Source: Burkholderiales bacterium (GTDB lineage Bacteria > Pseudomonadota > Gammaproteobacteria > Burkholderiales > Burkholderiaceae_C). Taken from it: a stretch of DNA of 24,521 nt. The stretch lies in contig JANMHY010000529.1 of the NCBI GenBank assembly GCA_031375525.1, positions 1-24,521 of the forward strand, in the 5' to 3' direction. The notes under the pieces were generated by a model. That model was not told the DNA's origin, ran no database searches, and worked only from the letters and a program-made list of their open reading frames with translations. A program made the translations under genes and the position numbers. Shown here one piece after another: positions 1-8,668 of this stretch. Numbering within the stretch: the stretch's first letter is position 1; every line of letters starts with the position of its first letter.

Positions 1-386
1 GCGCCGACGAGCGCGCCTTCGCCGATGCTCACACCGCAGAGCACGGTGGCGTTGGAGCCGATCGAGGCGCGCCGCTTGACTCGCGTCGGCTCCACGGCCC
101 AATCGGCCTCGGTCTGCAGGCTGCCGTCGACGTTGGCCGCCTGCGGGTAGCGGTCGTTGATGAACATCACGCCGTGGCCGATGAAGACTTCGTCGTCGAT
201 CACCACACCTTCGCAGACGAAGCTGTGCGATGAAATCTTGCAACGCGCCCCGATGCGTGCGTTTTTCTGGATCTCAACGAAGGAGCCGACCTTGGTGTCG
301 TCACCGATGCGGCAGCCGTAGAGGTTGACCAAGGAAGGTTGGAAAATCCTGACATTGCTGCCCAGCTGTACATCGGTCACCGGCAT
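1..386 (-). CDS. Hexapeptide-repeat (left-handed beta-helix) N-acetyl/acyltransferase, WbpD/WlbB/WxcM-like; 3' end runs off the window
   Basis: Not in the ORF track; translated by hand from ATG at 386: MPVTDVQLGSNVRIFQPSLVNLYGCRIGDDTKVGSFVEIQKNARIGARCKISSHSFVCEGVVIDDEVFIGHGVMFINDRYP...IGSNATVLCGVSIGEGALVG. Repeating [LIV]G-x4 hexapeptides; GAAGGG SD-like sequence upstream. Confidence 0.9.
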   Translation of the reverse strand, partial: MPVTDVQLGSNVRIFQPSLVNLYGCRIGDDTKVGSFVEIQKNARIGARCKISSHSFVCEGVVIDDEVFIGHGVMFINDRYPQAANVDGSLQTEADWAVEPTRVKRRASIGSNATVLCGVSIGEGALVG

Positions 387-576
387 ACCAGCCCTTCGTC
401 ATAAAGTTGTTCACAATGGATGGCGTCAAACGCCGCCCGCATGGGTTTGAAGTGTCGGTGGCGCGCCTCGAGCCGACCTATCCCTAATCTCAGGCGTTGT
501 TTGCCCGCGTTTACCCCCTGTTTGCGGGTGCAGACGCACCTCTAGTCTTCTTAGACTGCCCCTCAGGTTCTGTGGC

Positions 577-1830
577 GTGGTCAAGGCGAAGGCGATGGGC
601 CCCATGAAGGTAACGACGAAGTACGCAAGCATCGAGGGCGCTGCCTCAGTGGCGGCGCTGCCGCGCAGCGCTGCACTGCATGCCGTCGATGTGGCAGAGG
701 GCATGGAGCACAGCGGCGCGGTGTCCGCGGCGCCATCGATCGTTCATCCGCAAAGCTGGCATGCGCCGCCCGCCGACAACGACGCACACCCAGACGGTCT
801 GCTGTCGCGCGCCGAGTTCCTGCGCATGGTGCAACGCGAGAAGCGCCGCACCGACCGCTCGCATTCGGCACTGTCGCTGGCGGTGCTGCTCGTCGATCCG
901 AACGGCGGCTGCACCTTGCCGCAAGTGCTGGAACAGGTCTCGTCAATGGTGCGCGAGACAGACTACGTCACCGCCACCGACGACCAGTGCATCGCAGTCT
1001 TGCTGCCCGATACCGGCGAGGCCGGCCTGCGCAGCTTTCTCGACAAGGTGGCGCTGAGCCGCGATGCGCAAGGCACCCGCGCTGCGGGCGCAACGTACCC
1101 GGACACCTCGTTCGATCGGCTGATCGCCGAGCGGCTCGGCACGCCTCGCTCACGCCACGCGGCCGATGCCGACGAGCCTTCGCCGCTGCGCTCCCATGGC
1201 TACCGCGGCAAACGCGCCCTGGACATCCTCGGTGCACTGGTGGCATTGGTCCTGCTGTCGCCGCTGATGCTGGTCGTCGCGCTGCTGATACGGCTCTCGT
1301 CGCCCGGACCGGCGATTTTTCGCCAGACGCGGGTCGGCCAGGGCGGTGCGCCGTTCACCATGTTCAAGTTCCGCTCGATGCGCACGGACATCGATGACAG
1401 CGCCCACCGTGAATTCGTCGCCAGCCTGATCGACGGCAAAGTGCAGCCGTCAGGCGGCAGCACGACCGCAGGCTCGTTCAAGATCAAGGGCGATCCGCGC
1501 GTCACGGCCATCGGCCGCTTCATCCGCAAGACCAGCATCGACGAGCTGCCGCAGTTCTACAACGTGCTCAAGGGCGACATGAGCTTGGTCGGCCCGCGCC
1601 CGCCGGTGCAGTACGAAGCAGACAAGTACAAGGCCTGGCACCGTCGGCGCGTCTTCGAGATGAAACCCGGCCTGACAGGCATCTGGCAGGTCGAAGGGCG
1701 CAGCCGGGTGTCGTTCGACGACATGGTGCGCATGGACCTGCGCTACCTGCAGCACTGCTCGCTGGGCTTCGACCTGGGCATCTTGCTGCGGACAGTCGCC
1801 GTCGTGCTGACCTGCGAAGGCGCGCAGTAG
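577..1830 (+). CDS. Priming (initiating) polyprenyl-phosphate sugar-phosphate transferase (Bac_transf; WbaP/WcaJ C-terminal type) with N-terminal degenerate GGDEF-like domain
   Basis: C-terminal half has KRALDILGALVALVLLSPLMLVVALLIR (single TM), FxMFKFRSM, DPRVTAIGRFIRKTSIDELPQFYNVLKGDMSLVGPRP, KPGLTGIWQV. Start uncertain (577 GTG, or ATG at 595, 604 or 703). Confidence 0.93.
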   Translation: MVKAKAMGPMKVTTKYASIEGAASVAALPRSAALHAVDVAEGMEHSGAVSAAPSIVHPQSWHAPPADNDAHPDGLLSRAEFLRMVQREKRRTDRSHSALSLAVLLVDPNGGCTLPQVLEQVSSMVRETDYVTATDDQCIAVLLPDTGEAGLRSFLDKVALSRDAQGTRAAGATYPDTSFDRLIAERLGTPRSRHAADADEPSPLRSHGYRGKRALDILGALVALVLLSPLMLVVALLIRLSSPGPAIFRQTRVGQGGAPFTMFKFRSMRTDIDDSAHREFVASLIDGKVQPSGGSTTAGSFKIKGDPRVTAIGRFIRKTSIDELPQFYNVLKGDMSLVGPRPPVQYEADKYKAWHRRRVFEMKPGLTGIWQVEGRSRVSFDDMVRMDLRYLQHCSLGFDLGILLRTVAVVLTCEGAQ

Positions 1831-1896
1831 CGCCCGGCGGGCACCCAGCGGCAGCGCAGTGGCGCGCGAACCATCTGAACCCAGGGAGAACATTGA

Positions 1897-2877
1897 ATGC
1901 ACATCGACGGCACGCGCATCCTCGTCACCGGCGGCTGCGGCCTTATCGGCTCGACGACGATCGATCTGCTGCTGCGCGAGCACCGGCCAGAAAAGATCGT
2001 CATCCTGGACAACCTGGCGCGCGGCAGCCTGGCCAATGTCGAAGCGGCGCTGAAGGACCCGCGTGTCAGCCTCGCCCGTGGCGATGTCCGTGATGCGGAC
2101 GCCGTGCGCCGCGCCACCGAGGGCATGGACGCCGTGATCCACATGGCCGCGCTGCGCATCACGGCGTGCGCCGCCGACCCGCGCGAGGCGATGCAGGTGA
2201 TGTGCGACGGCAGCTTCAACGTCGTCGATGCGGCGCACCACGCCGGGGTGAAGAAGCTCGTGGCCGCGTCGTCGGCATCGATCTATGGCCTGGCCGATCA
2301 GTTCCCGACGCGCGAGGATCACCATCCCTACAACAACCGCACGTGGTACGGCGCCAGCAAAATCATGCTCGAGGGCCTGCTGCGCTCGTACCACTCGATG
2401 TACGCCCTGCCCTACGTGGCCCTGCGCTACTTCAACGTCTATGGCCCGCGCATGGACATCCACGGCAAGTACACCGAAGTGCTGATCCGCTGGATGGAGC
2501 GCATCGCCACCGGGCAGGCGCCGCTGATCTTCGGCGACGGCGAGCAGACGATGGACTTCATCTACATCGACGACATCGCGCGCGCCAACGTGCTGGCTTT
2601 GCAGAGCGAGCAGACCGACGAAGTGTTCAACGTGGCCAGCGGGACCGAGACTTCTTTGAATCAACTCGCCGCCGCGCTGGCCAAGGTCATGGGTTCCGAT
2701 CTGTCACCCGTGTACGGCCCGGAGCGCAGCATCAACCCCGTACCGCGGCGCCTGGCCAGCACCGAGAAAGCGGAACGGCTGCTCGGCTTCAGAGCAGGCG
2801 CCGACCTGGAACAGGGGCTGCGCCGCTTGGTTAAGTGGTGGCAGGAAAGCCGCGAATCGACGATGGTCCACGCATGA
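1897..2877 (+). CDS. NAD-dependent nucleotide-sugar epimerase/dehydratase (extended SDR)
   Basis: GGCGLIG Rossmann motif, SSASIYG, YGASK (YxxxK), LRYFNVYGP; AGGGAG SD upstream. Confidence 0.93.
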   Translation: MHIDGTRILVTGGCGLIGSTTIDLLLREHRPEKIVILDNLARGSLANVEAALKDPRVSLARGDVRDADAVRRATEGMDAVIHMAALRITACAADPREAMQVMCDGSFNVVDAAHHAGVKKLVAASSASIYGLADQFPTREDHHPYNNRTWYGASKIMLEGLLRSYHSMYALPYVALRYFNVYGPRMDIHGKYTEVLIRWMERIATGQAPLIFGDGEQTMDFIYIDDIARANVLALQSEQTDEVFNVASGTETSLNQLAAALAKVMGSDLSPVYGPERSINPVPRRLASTEKAERLLGFRAGADLEQGLRRLVKWWQESRESTMVHA

Positions 2878-4028
2878 TCCCGATCGCCAAGCCCGTGATG
2901 GGCGAACCCGAAGCCGAAGCGGCGCGGCGCGTCATCCTGAGCGGTTGGATCACGCAGGGGCCGGAAGTCGCCGCCTTCGAACGCGAGTTCGCCGAGCTCG
3001 TTGGTGCCGAGCATGCCTGCGCCGTTTCCAACTGCACGACCGCGCTGCACTTGGCTCTCATGGTGGCCGGCGTGCAGGCCGGTGACGAAGTCATCACCGT
3101 CAGCCACTCCTACATCGCCACCGCCAACAGCATTCGCTATTGCGGCGCGACGCCAGTGTTCGTCGATATCGATCCGGTCACGTTCAACATGGATGTGTCG
3201 CTCGTCGAGGCCGCCATCACGCCGCGAACGAAAGCCATCCTTTGCGTGCATCAGATGGGCATGCCCTGCGACCTCCAGCGCCTGGTGCCGCTCGCAAAGC
3301 GCCACGGCATCCCGTTGATCGAGGACGCGGCCTGCGCTATCGGCAGCGAGATCCTCTGGCAAGACCGCTGGGAGCGCATCGGTGCCCCGCACGGCGACGT
3401 GGCCTGCTTCTCCTTCCACCCGCGCAAAGTCATCAGCACCGGCGACGGCGGCATGATCACCACGCGCCACGCCGACTGGGACAAGCAGTTCCGGCTGCTG
3501 CGCCAGCATGCGATGAGCGTGCCGGACACGGTGCGTCACGGCGCGGCGCAGGTGATCTTCGAGCAGTACGAAAGCGTGGGCTACAACTACCGCATGACCG
3601 ACATCCAGGCGGCGGTGGGGCGCGAGCAGTTGAAGCGGTTGCCGGAGACGGTGCGCCGTCGTCGCCTGCTGGCTCGACGTTATCGGGAGCTTCTCTCGTC
3701 GTTGGAAGGCATCGTGCTTCCGCTCGAACCATCGTACGGGCGTACCAATTGGCAGAGCTATTGCATTCGACTGCATGCGGCGGCCAAGCAATCCCTGCTG
3801 ATGCAGTCGATGCTCGACGCAGGTGTCAGCACGCGGCGCGGCATCATGTGCAGCCATCGCGAGCCGGCGCATGCGTCACAGGCGCAGCCGTTCGGGCTCG
3901 AGCACTCTGAACAGGCACAGGATCGTTGTGTGCTGCTGCCGCTGTATGTGCAGATGTCCGACGACGATCAAATACGCGTGGTGGACGCGCTGCACGACGC
4001 GCTGGTGGCCATGGAAGTCAGGGCGTAG
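2874..4028 (+). CDS. DegT/DnrJ/EryC1/StrS-family PLP-dependent nucleotide-sugar aminotransferase
   Basis: MIPIAKP start overlapping the previous stop (ATGA 2874-2877); GPEVAAFEREFA, SNCTTALHL, IEDAACAIG, SFHPRK (PLP lysine), GDGGMI, GYNYRMTDIQAAVG. Confidence 0.95.
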   Translation: MIPIAKPVMGEPEAEAARRVILSGWITQGPEVAAFEREFAELVGAEHACAVSNCTTALHLALMVAGVQAGDEVITVSHSYIATANSIRYCGATPVFVDIDPVTFNMDVSLVEAAITPRTKAILCVHQMGMPCDLQRLVPLAKRHGIPLIEDAACAIGSEILWQDRWERIGAPHGDVACFSFHPRKVISTGDGGMITTRHADWDKQFRLLRQHAMSVPDTVRHGAAQVIFEQYESVGYNYRMTDIQAAVGREQLKRLPETVRRRRLLARRYRELLSSLEGIVLPLEPSYGRTNWQSYCIRLHAAAKQSLLMQSMLDAGVSTRRGIMCSHREPAHASQAQPFGLEHSEQAQDRCVLLPLYVQMSDDDQIRVVDALHDALVAMEVRA

Positions 4029-5579
4029 ATGACCGCGGTGTCGCCCACGCCGACGCAGGTCGTGCCGCGCGCAGAGACTTCGACCTCCGCTCAGATCCTG
4101 CGAGCGTCGGCGCTGATTGGCGGCGCCACGGCATTGAACGTTCTCATCGGACTGGTGAAAACAAAAGCGTTGGCGATTCTGCTCGGTCCGGCTGGTGTGG
4201 GTTTGCTCGGCATCCTCGCGTCGGTATCCGATCTTGCCCGCAGCATCGCCCAACTGGGCATCCATGGCAGCGGCGTGCGGCAGATTGCCGAAGCCGTCGG
4301 CACGCAAGACTCGAACCGCATCGCTCGCACCATCATCGTGTTGCGTCGAACCGCCCTGGTCCTCGGCCTCGTCGGCATGCTGACGTTGGTCGCGATGGCC
4401 AAGGCTGCCTCGATGTGGGCGTTCGGCGACGCTGCGCATGCGACGTCGATTGCCTGGGTGTCGATCGCCGTCTTCTTCAGGCTCGTGGCCGACGGGCAGG
4501 CCGCATTGCTTCAAGGCATGAGGCGGGTGGGCGACCTGGCACGCGTCGGCGTGGTCGGCGCGTTGGCAGGCGCGGTCGCCAGCGTCGTCTTGGCGGCGTG
4601 GTTGGGCGAAGCGGGCATCGTGCCGGGAGTCGTTGCCTCGGCAGCGCTGGCCGCATTGGTCTCTTGGCGTGTCGCCCGACGAGTGCGTGTCGAGCCGGTG
4701 CACTTGAGCGTTTCACAGGTCTGCGAAGAGGCGGGCACGCTGCTCAAGCTGGGCCTGGCGTTCCTGGCCAGCGCGGCCATGATGGCCGGCGCAGCGTTTG
4801 CTGTTCGTGCGATGGTGCTGCGACAAGGCGGCATGGAGGAGGCGGGGCTCTATCAGGCCGCCTGGACGCTCGGCGGCATGTACGTCGGCTTCGTCCTGCA
4901 AGCGATGGGAACCGACTTCTATCCGCGACTCGTGGGCGTCAGCGGGAACCCGTCGGCGTCCAATCGCATGGTCAACGAGCAGGCCCAGATCAGCCTGCTG
5001 CTTGCAGGGCCTGGCGTGATCGGCACGATGGTGCTGGCGCAGCAAGTAGTGACCATCTTCTACAGCGCCGCATTTGCCGAAGCCGGCCCTGTGCTGCGCT
5101 GGATCTGCCTGGGCATGGCGCTGCGCGTGATCTCGTGGCCGCTCGGCTACATCGTGCTGGCGCTCAACCGACGCATGATCTTTTTCGGCGCCGAGTTGGC
5201 CTGGACGGTTGTCAACGTCTCACTGTCCTGGTTGTGCGTCCACAAGTTTGGCCTGGCGGGCGCCGGATTCGCGTTCTTCGCCTCTTACGTCTTTCATTGC
5301 TTGCTGGTGTACGCGATCGCGAAGCGTCTGCAAGACTTCTCCTGGGATGCGGCCACCCGCAATCAGATCGTCTGGTTCGTCGCCAGCACTGCTATTGCCT
5401 TCCTGGCCTTTCTGACGCTGGGCAACAGCTGGGCGACGACCGCCATCGGTGCGGTCGTCCTGTGCATCAGCACGGCCCACAGCCTCAACGCGCTGGCGCG
5501 CTTGGCTCCCGACATGGTGCCTGCACGTCTGGGACGCGTTGTCGAACTGGCGCGACGGACGAGGGAGCGACTGCCTTGA
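4029..5579 (+). CDS. wzx: Wzx flippase / O-antigen translocase (WzxE-like)
   Basis: 516 aa with many hydrophobic segments; LLGPAGVGLLG N-terminal motif; ATG abuts the previous TAG; position in a polysaccharide operon. Confidence 0.85.
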   Translation: MTAVSPTPTQVVPRAETSTSAQILRASALIGGATALNVLIGLVKTKALAILLGPAGVGLLGILASVSDLARSIAQLGIHGSGVRQIAEAVGTQDSNRIARTIIVLRRTALVLGLVGMLTLVAMAKAASMWAFGDAAHATSIAWVSIAVFFRLVADGQAALLQGMRRVGDLARVGVVGALAGAVASVVLAAWLGEAGIVPGVVASAALAALVSWRVARRVRVEPVHLSVSQVCEEAGTLLKLGLAFLASAAMMAGAAFAVRAMVLRQGGMEEAGLYQAAWTLGGMYVGFVLQAMGTDFYPRLVGVSGNPSASNRMVNEQAQISLLLAGPGVIGTMVLAQQVVTIFYSAAFAEAGPVLRWICLGMALRVISWPLGYIVLALNRRMIFFGAELAWTVVNVSLSWLCVHKFGLAGAGFAFFASYVFHCLLVYAIAKRLQDFSWDAATRNQIVWFVASTAIAFLAFLTLGNSWATTAIGAVVLCISTAHSLNALARLAPDMVPARLGRVVELARRTRERLP

Positions 5580-6658
5580 ACCAACTTGACGGACCCGTGT
5601 GGATCGACATCGACAACACGCCGCACGTGCCGTTCTTTGTGCCGATCATCGGACGCTTGCGTTCGCGCGGGCATAGCGTTGTCGTGACAGCGCGCGATGC
5701 CTACGGTGTGCGGGATTTGCTTGCGCTGCACCTTGTGGACTGCCAGGTGGTGGGCCGGCACTTGGGGAAGAACAGGCTGCTCAAGGTGGCCGGAACCTTG
5801 GCGCGCAGCGCGCAACTGTTTCTTCGGCTGCGCCGCTCGCGCCCCGCGCTCGCTGTCTCGCACGGTTCGCGTGCGCAAATGCTGGCGGCGAGGGCGCTCG
5901 GCGTGCCGAGCATGGTCATCGCCGACTATGAGCACGTGACCCACCTGATGCGCGCCGATTACACCCTGGTGCCGGATGTGATGCCGCGCGACGTCGCCGC
6001 GCGCCTGTCGCGTAATGTCATCACCTACCCGGGTATCAAGGAGGACGTCTACGCCTGCGCCTTCGCACCGGACCCGCACTTCACCGCCGGTGTCATCGGA
6101 CTGGACACGACGCGCGTGATCGTGACGATCCGCCCCCCGGCGACCGAGGCGCATTACCACAACGCCGACAGCGACGAGCTGTTCGCGGCGGTGATCGAAA
6201 AGGTCGCCGCCGATCCCGCGTCGCAAGCGGTGCTGTTGCCGCGCAGCAAGGTGCAGCGTGAGGATGTCGAGCGTCGGTATGCGCACCTCGTCGCAACGCA
6301 GAAGATCCTGATTCCTGCTAAGGCCGTCGGCGGGTTGGACCTGATCTGGCACTCGGATGTGGTCATCAGCGGCGGCGGGACCATGAACCGCGAGGCCGCG
6401 GCGCTGGGCGTGCCGGTCTTCAGCATTTTCCGCGGACGCATCGGCGCGGTCGACCGCAGTCTGGCTGCCCAGGGTCGGCTGACGTTGTGCGAGTCCGCGG
6501 CTGACGTGCACAACATCCCGTTGGTCAGGCGCACGCGGCTGGTCAAGCCGGGCCATGCGGCGTCTTCACCGGCTCTGGACGCCATCGTTTTGCAAGTGGA
6601 ATCATTGAAGGCCGCGGCGTTTGCGACGGTCAACCCTTTGCCGGAGCCACGGGTATGA
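5576..6658 (+). CDS. DUF354-family protein (predicted GT-B fold)
   Basis: 3' part of the 3926..6658 ORF; TTG start overlapping the wzx stop (TTGA), alternative GTG at 5597. VWIDIDNTPHVPFF, VVVTARD and DVVISGGGTMNREAAALGVP match DUF354 as recalled. Confidence 0.8.
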   Translation: MNQLDGPVWIDIDNTPHVPFFVPIIGRLRSRGHSVVVTARDAYGVRDLLALHLVDCQVVGRHLGKNRLLKVAGTLARSAQLFLRLRRSRPALAVSHGSRAQMLAARALGVPSMVIADYEHVTHLMRADYTLVPDVMPRDVAARLSRNVITYPGIKEDVYACAFAPDPHFTAGVIGLDTTRVIVTIRPPATEAHYHNADSDELFAAVIEKVAADPASQAVLLPRSKVQREDVERRYAHLVATQKILIPAKAVGGLDLIWHSDVVISGGGTMNREAAALGVPVFSIFRGRIGAVDRSLAAQGRLTLCESAADVHNIPLVRRTRLVKPGHAASSPALDAIVLQVESLKAAAFATVNPLPEPRV

Positions 6659-7764
6659 AGTCGGCAATCAAGCTCCTGGTCGTAGCGGGCGCGCGTCCGA
6701 ACTTCGTCAAGATCGCACCGCTCTTGCGACATATCGACCAGCGGCTGCGCCAATGCACGATGCCCGTCGTGGAGTATCGGCTCGTGCACACGGGTCAGCA
6801 CTACGACCCCATGCTTTCCGATGTCTTCTTCAGCGAGATGGGTATTCCGGCACCTCACTTCAGTCTCGGCGTCGGGTCCCACTCCCAGGCCGTCCAGACA
6901 GCGCGGGTGATGGAGGCTTTCGAGCCAGTGTGCCTGCAGGAGCGACCGGATTGGGTGGTTGTGGTGGGAGACGTGAACTCCACGCTGGCCTGCGCGCTGG
7001 TGGCCACCAAGCTGGGAATCCGCGTTGCGCACGTGGAGGCCGGCCTGCGCAGTTTCGACCGGACCATGCCGGAGGAGATCAACCGCATCGTCACCGACTC
7101 GATCGCCGATTTGCTGCTGACGCCGTCCGACGACGGCGACGAGAACCTGCTGCGCGAGGGTGTGGCGCCGCACCGCATCCGCCAGGTGGGCAACATCATG
7201 ATCGATGCACTCGTGGCCAACCTCGAGCAGTCGCGGCGCAGCACCATCCTCGATCGACTGCAGGTTACGCCGAAAGGCTACGCCTGGGTCACGCTGCACC
7301 GCCCTGCCAACGTTGACCACGGCGACGTCTTGCGCACGATCGCGGAGTCGCTGTACGACGTCGCAGCGCGCATCCCGGTCGTGTTTGCCGTGCATCCCCG
7401 CACGGCACAGCGCGTACGAAGCTTCGGCGTCCCGTGCAAGACGGGCGCAGGCGTGCATTGGATCGAACCGGTCGGCTACCACGACTCGTTGCGCCTGACT
7501 GAGTCGGCCGCCTTCGTGCTCACCGATTCGGGAGGACTGCAGGAGGAGAGCACGTTCTTCCGCACCCCATGCCTGACGCTGCGGCCCAACACCGAGCGGC
7601 CGATCACGGTGACCATGGGCAGCAACCGACTGACGACGGCCGAGCGTCTGCCGGACGATGTTGCGCATGCCCTGGCCCACAAGAACGGCTTGGGTCGGGT
7701 GCCGCCCTTGTGGGATGGCCATGCCGCGCCGCGCATCGTGGATGCGATCTCGCAACAGGCATGA
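6655..7764 (+). CDS. wecB: UDP-N-acetylglucosamine 2-epimerase (non-hydrolysing), WecB/WbpI family
   Basis: VAGARPNFVKIAP, HTGQHYD, VGDVNST, HVEAGLRSFDRTMPEEINR, TLHRPANVD, TDSGGLQEE; ATGA overlap with the previous gene. Confidence 0.94.
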   Translation: MKSAIKLLVVAGARPNFVKIAPLLRHIDQRLRQCTMPVVEYRLVHTGQHYDPMLSDVFFSEMGIPAPHFSLGVGSHSQAVQTARVMEAFEPVCLQERPDWVVVVGDVNSTLACALVATKLGIRVAHVEAGLRSFDRTMPEEINRIVTDSIADLLLTPSDDGDENLLREGVAPHRIRQVGNIMIDALVANLEQSRRSTILDRLQVTPKGYAWVTLHRPANVDHGDVLRTIAESLYDVAARIPVVFAVHPRTAQRVRSFGVPCKTGAGVHWIEPVGYHDSLRLTESAAFVLTDSGGLQEESTFFRTPCLTLRPNTERPITVTMGSNRLTTAERLPDDVAHALAHKNGLGRVPPLWDGHAAPRIVDAISQQA

Positions 7765-8657
7765 GGCTGACCGTGGATCCCGGCTTCATCATCGTCACCG
7801 CAGCACACAACGAAGCGGCGTTCATCGAAAATACGTGTCGATCGATCGTTGCGCAGCGTGTGCGTCCGAGCAAGTGGATCGTCGTCGATGATGCGTCCCA
7901 GGACGGAACCGCGGCGATCGTTGCGAGCTATCGCGAACTGTGCCCGCAGATGATCGAACTGCTGCATCTCCAACGCCCGGCTGGGCGCGACTTCGGCAAC
8001 AAGGCGCGCGCCTTCGCTGTCGGCCTTGAACGTGCCCGCCGCCTTGGCTACCGCTTCATCGGCAACCTCGATGCCGACATCTCGCTGCCTGAGCACTACT
8101 ACGCGCGCATGCTCGACGAGTTCTCTGGCGACACGCGCTTGGGCATCGTCGGCGGGATGGTGGCGTCCTTCATTGGAGGCAAGTTCGTGAGACAGGAGGT
8201 GGCGCTCGACAGCGTTGCAGGCGCAGTGCAACTGTTCCGCAGCGCCTGCTTCGACGACGTCGGCGGCTATGTTGCATTGCCGCTGGGGGGCATCGACGCT
8301 GCTGCGGAGATCAAGGCGCGCATGCAAGGCTGGCGCGTACGGACTTTGCCCGACGTTCAGGTGCTCGAGCACCGGCGTACCGGCAGCGCCACCAGCAACC
8401 CCTTGCGCGCTCGCCTGCGCGAAGGGCGCCGCCTCTACTCGCTTGGCTATGCACCATCGTTCTTCGCCGCGCGCTGTTTACGGCGTGCGGTCGAGCATCC
8501 CAAAGTACTTGGCAGTCTGGCCGCGCTGGCAGGTTATGCCTGGGAGGCGGCGCGGGGCGGACCCCGGGCCTTGCCGCCGCAGGTGATCGACTATCTGCGC
8601 TCCGAACAACGAGCCAAGCTGTCGCGGCTCCTGCGGCGGACGGCCGCCTCGCGCTGA
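7761..8657 (+). CDS. Glycosyltransferase family 2
   Basis: ATGA overlap at 7761-7764; IIVTAAHNEAAFI, WIVVDDASQD, NLDADI (DxD), VAGAVQLFR..F..VGGY. Confidence 0.9.
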   Translation: MRLTVDPGFIIVTAAHNEAAFIENTCRSIVAQRVRPSKWIVVDDASQDGTAAIVASYRELCPQMIELLHLQRPAGRDFGNKARAFAVGLERARRLGYRFIGNLDADISLPEHYYARMLDEFSGDTRLGIVGGMVASFIGGKFVRQEVALDSVAGAVQLFRSACFDDVGGYVALPLGGIDAAAEIKARMQGWRVRTLPDVQVLEHRRTGSATSNPLRARLREGRRLYSLGYAPSFFAARCLRRAVEHPKVLGSLAALAGYAWEAARGGPRALPPQVIDYLRSEQRAKLSRLLRRTAASR

Positions 8658-8668
8658 AGGCCACGACG

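Noticed and set aside
400-429. TTGACG -35-like hexamer upstream of the acyltransferase
   Set aside because: No credible -10 element at 16-18 nt spacing.
387-620. ops/JUMPStart antitermination element expected ahead of a 16-kb polysaccharide operon
   Set aside because: No GGCGGTAG-type sequence found by eye here or in 20721-21291.
3926-5575. 910-aa ORF suggesting a large fusion protein
   Set aside because: The first 550 codons are an off-frame shadow over wzx (Arg/Gly-rich, no motifs); only the part from TTG 5576 is protein-like.
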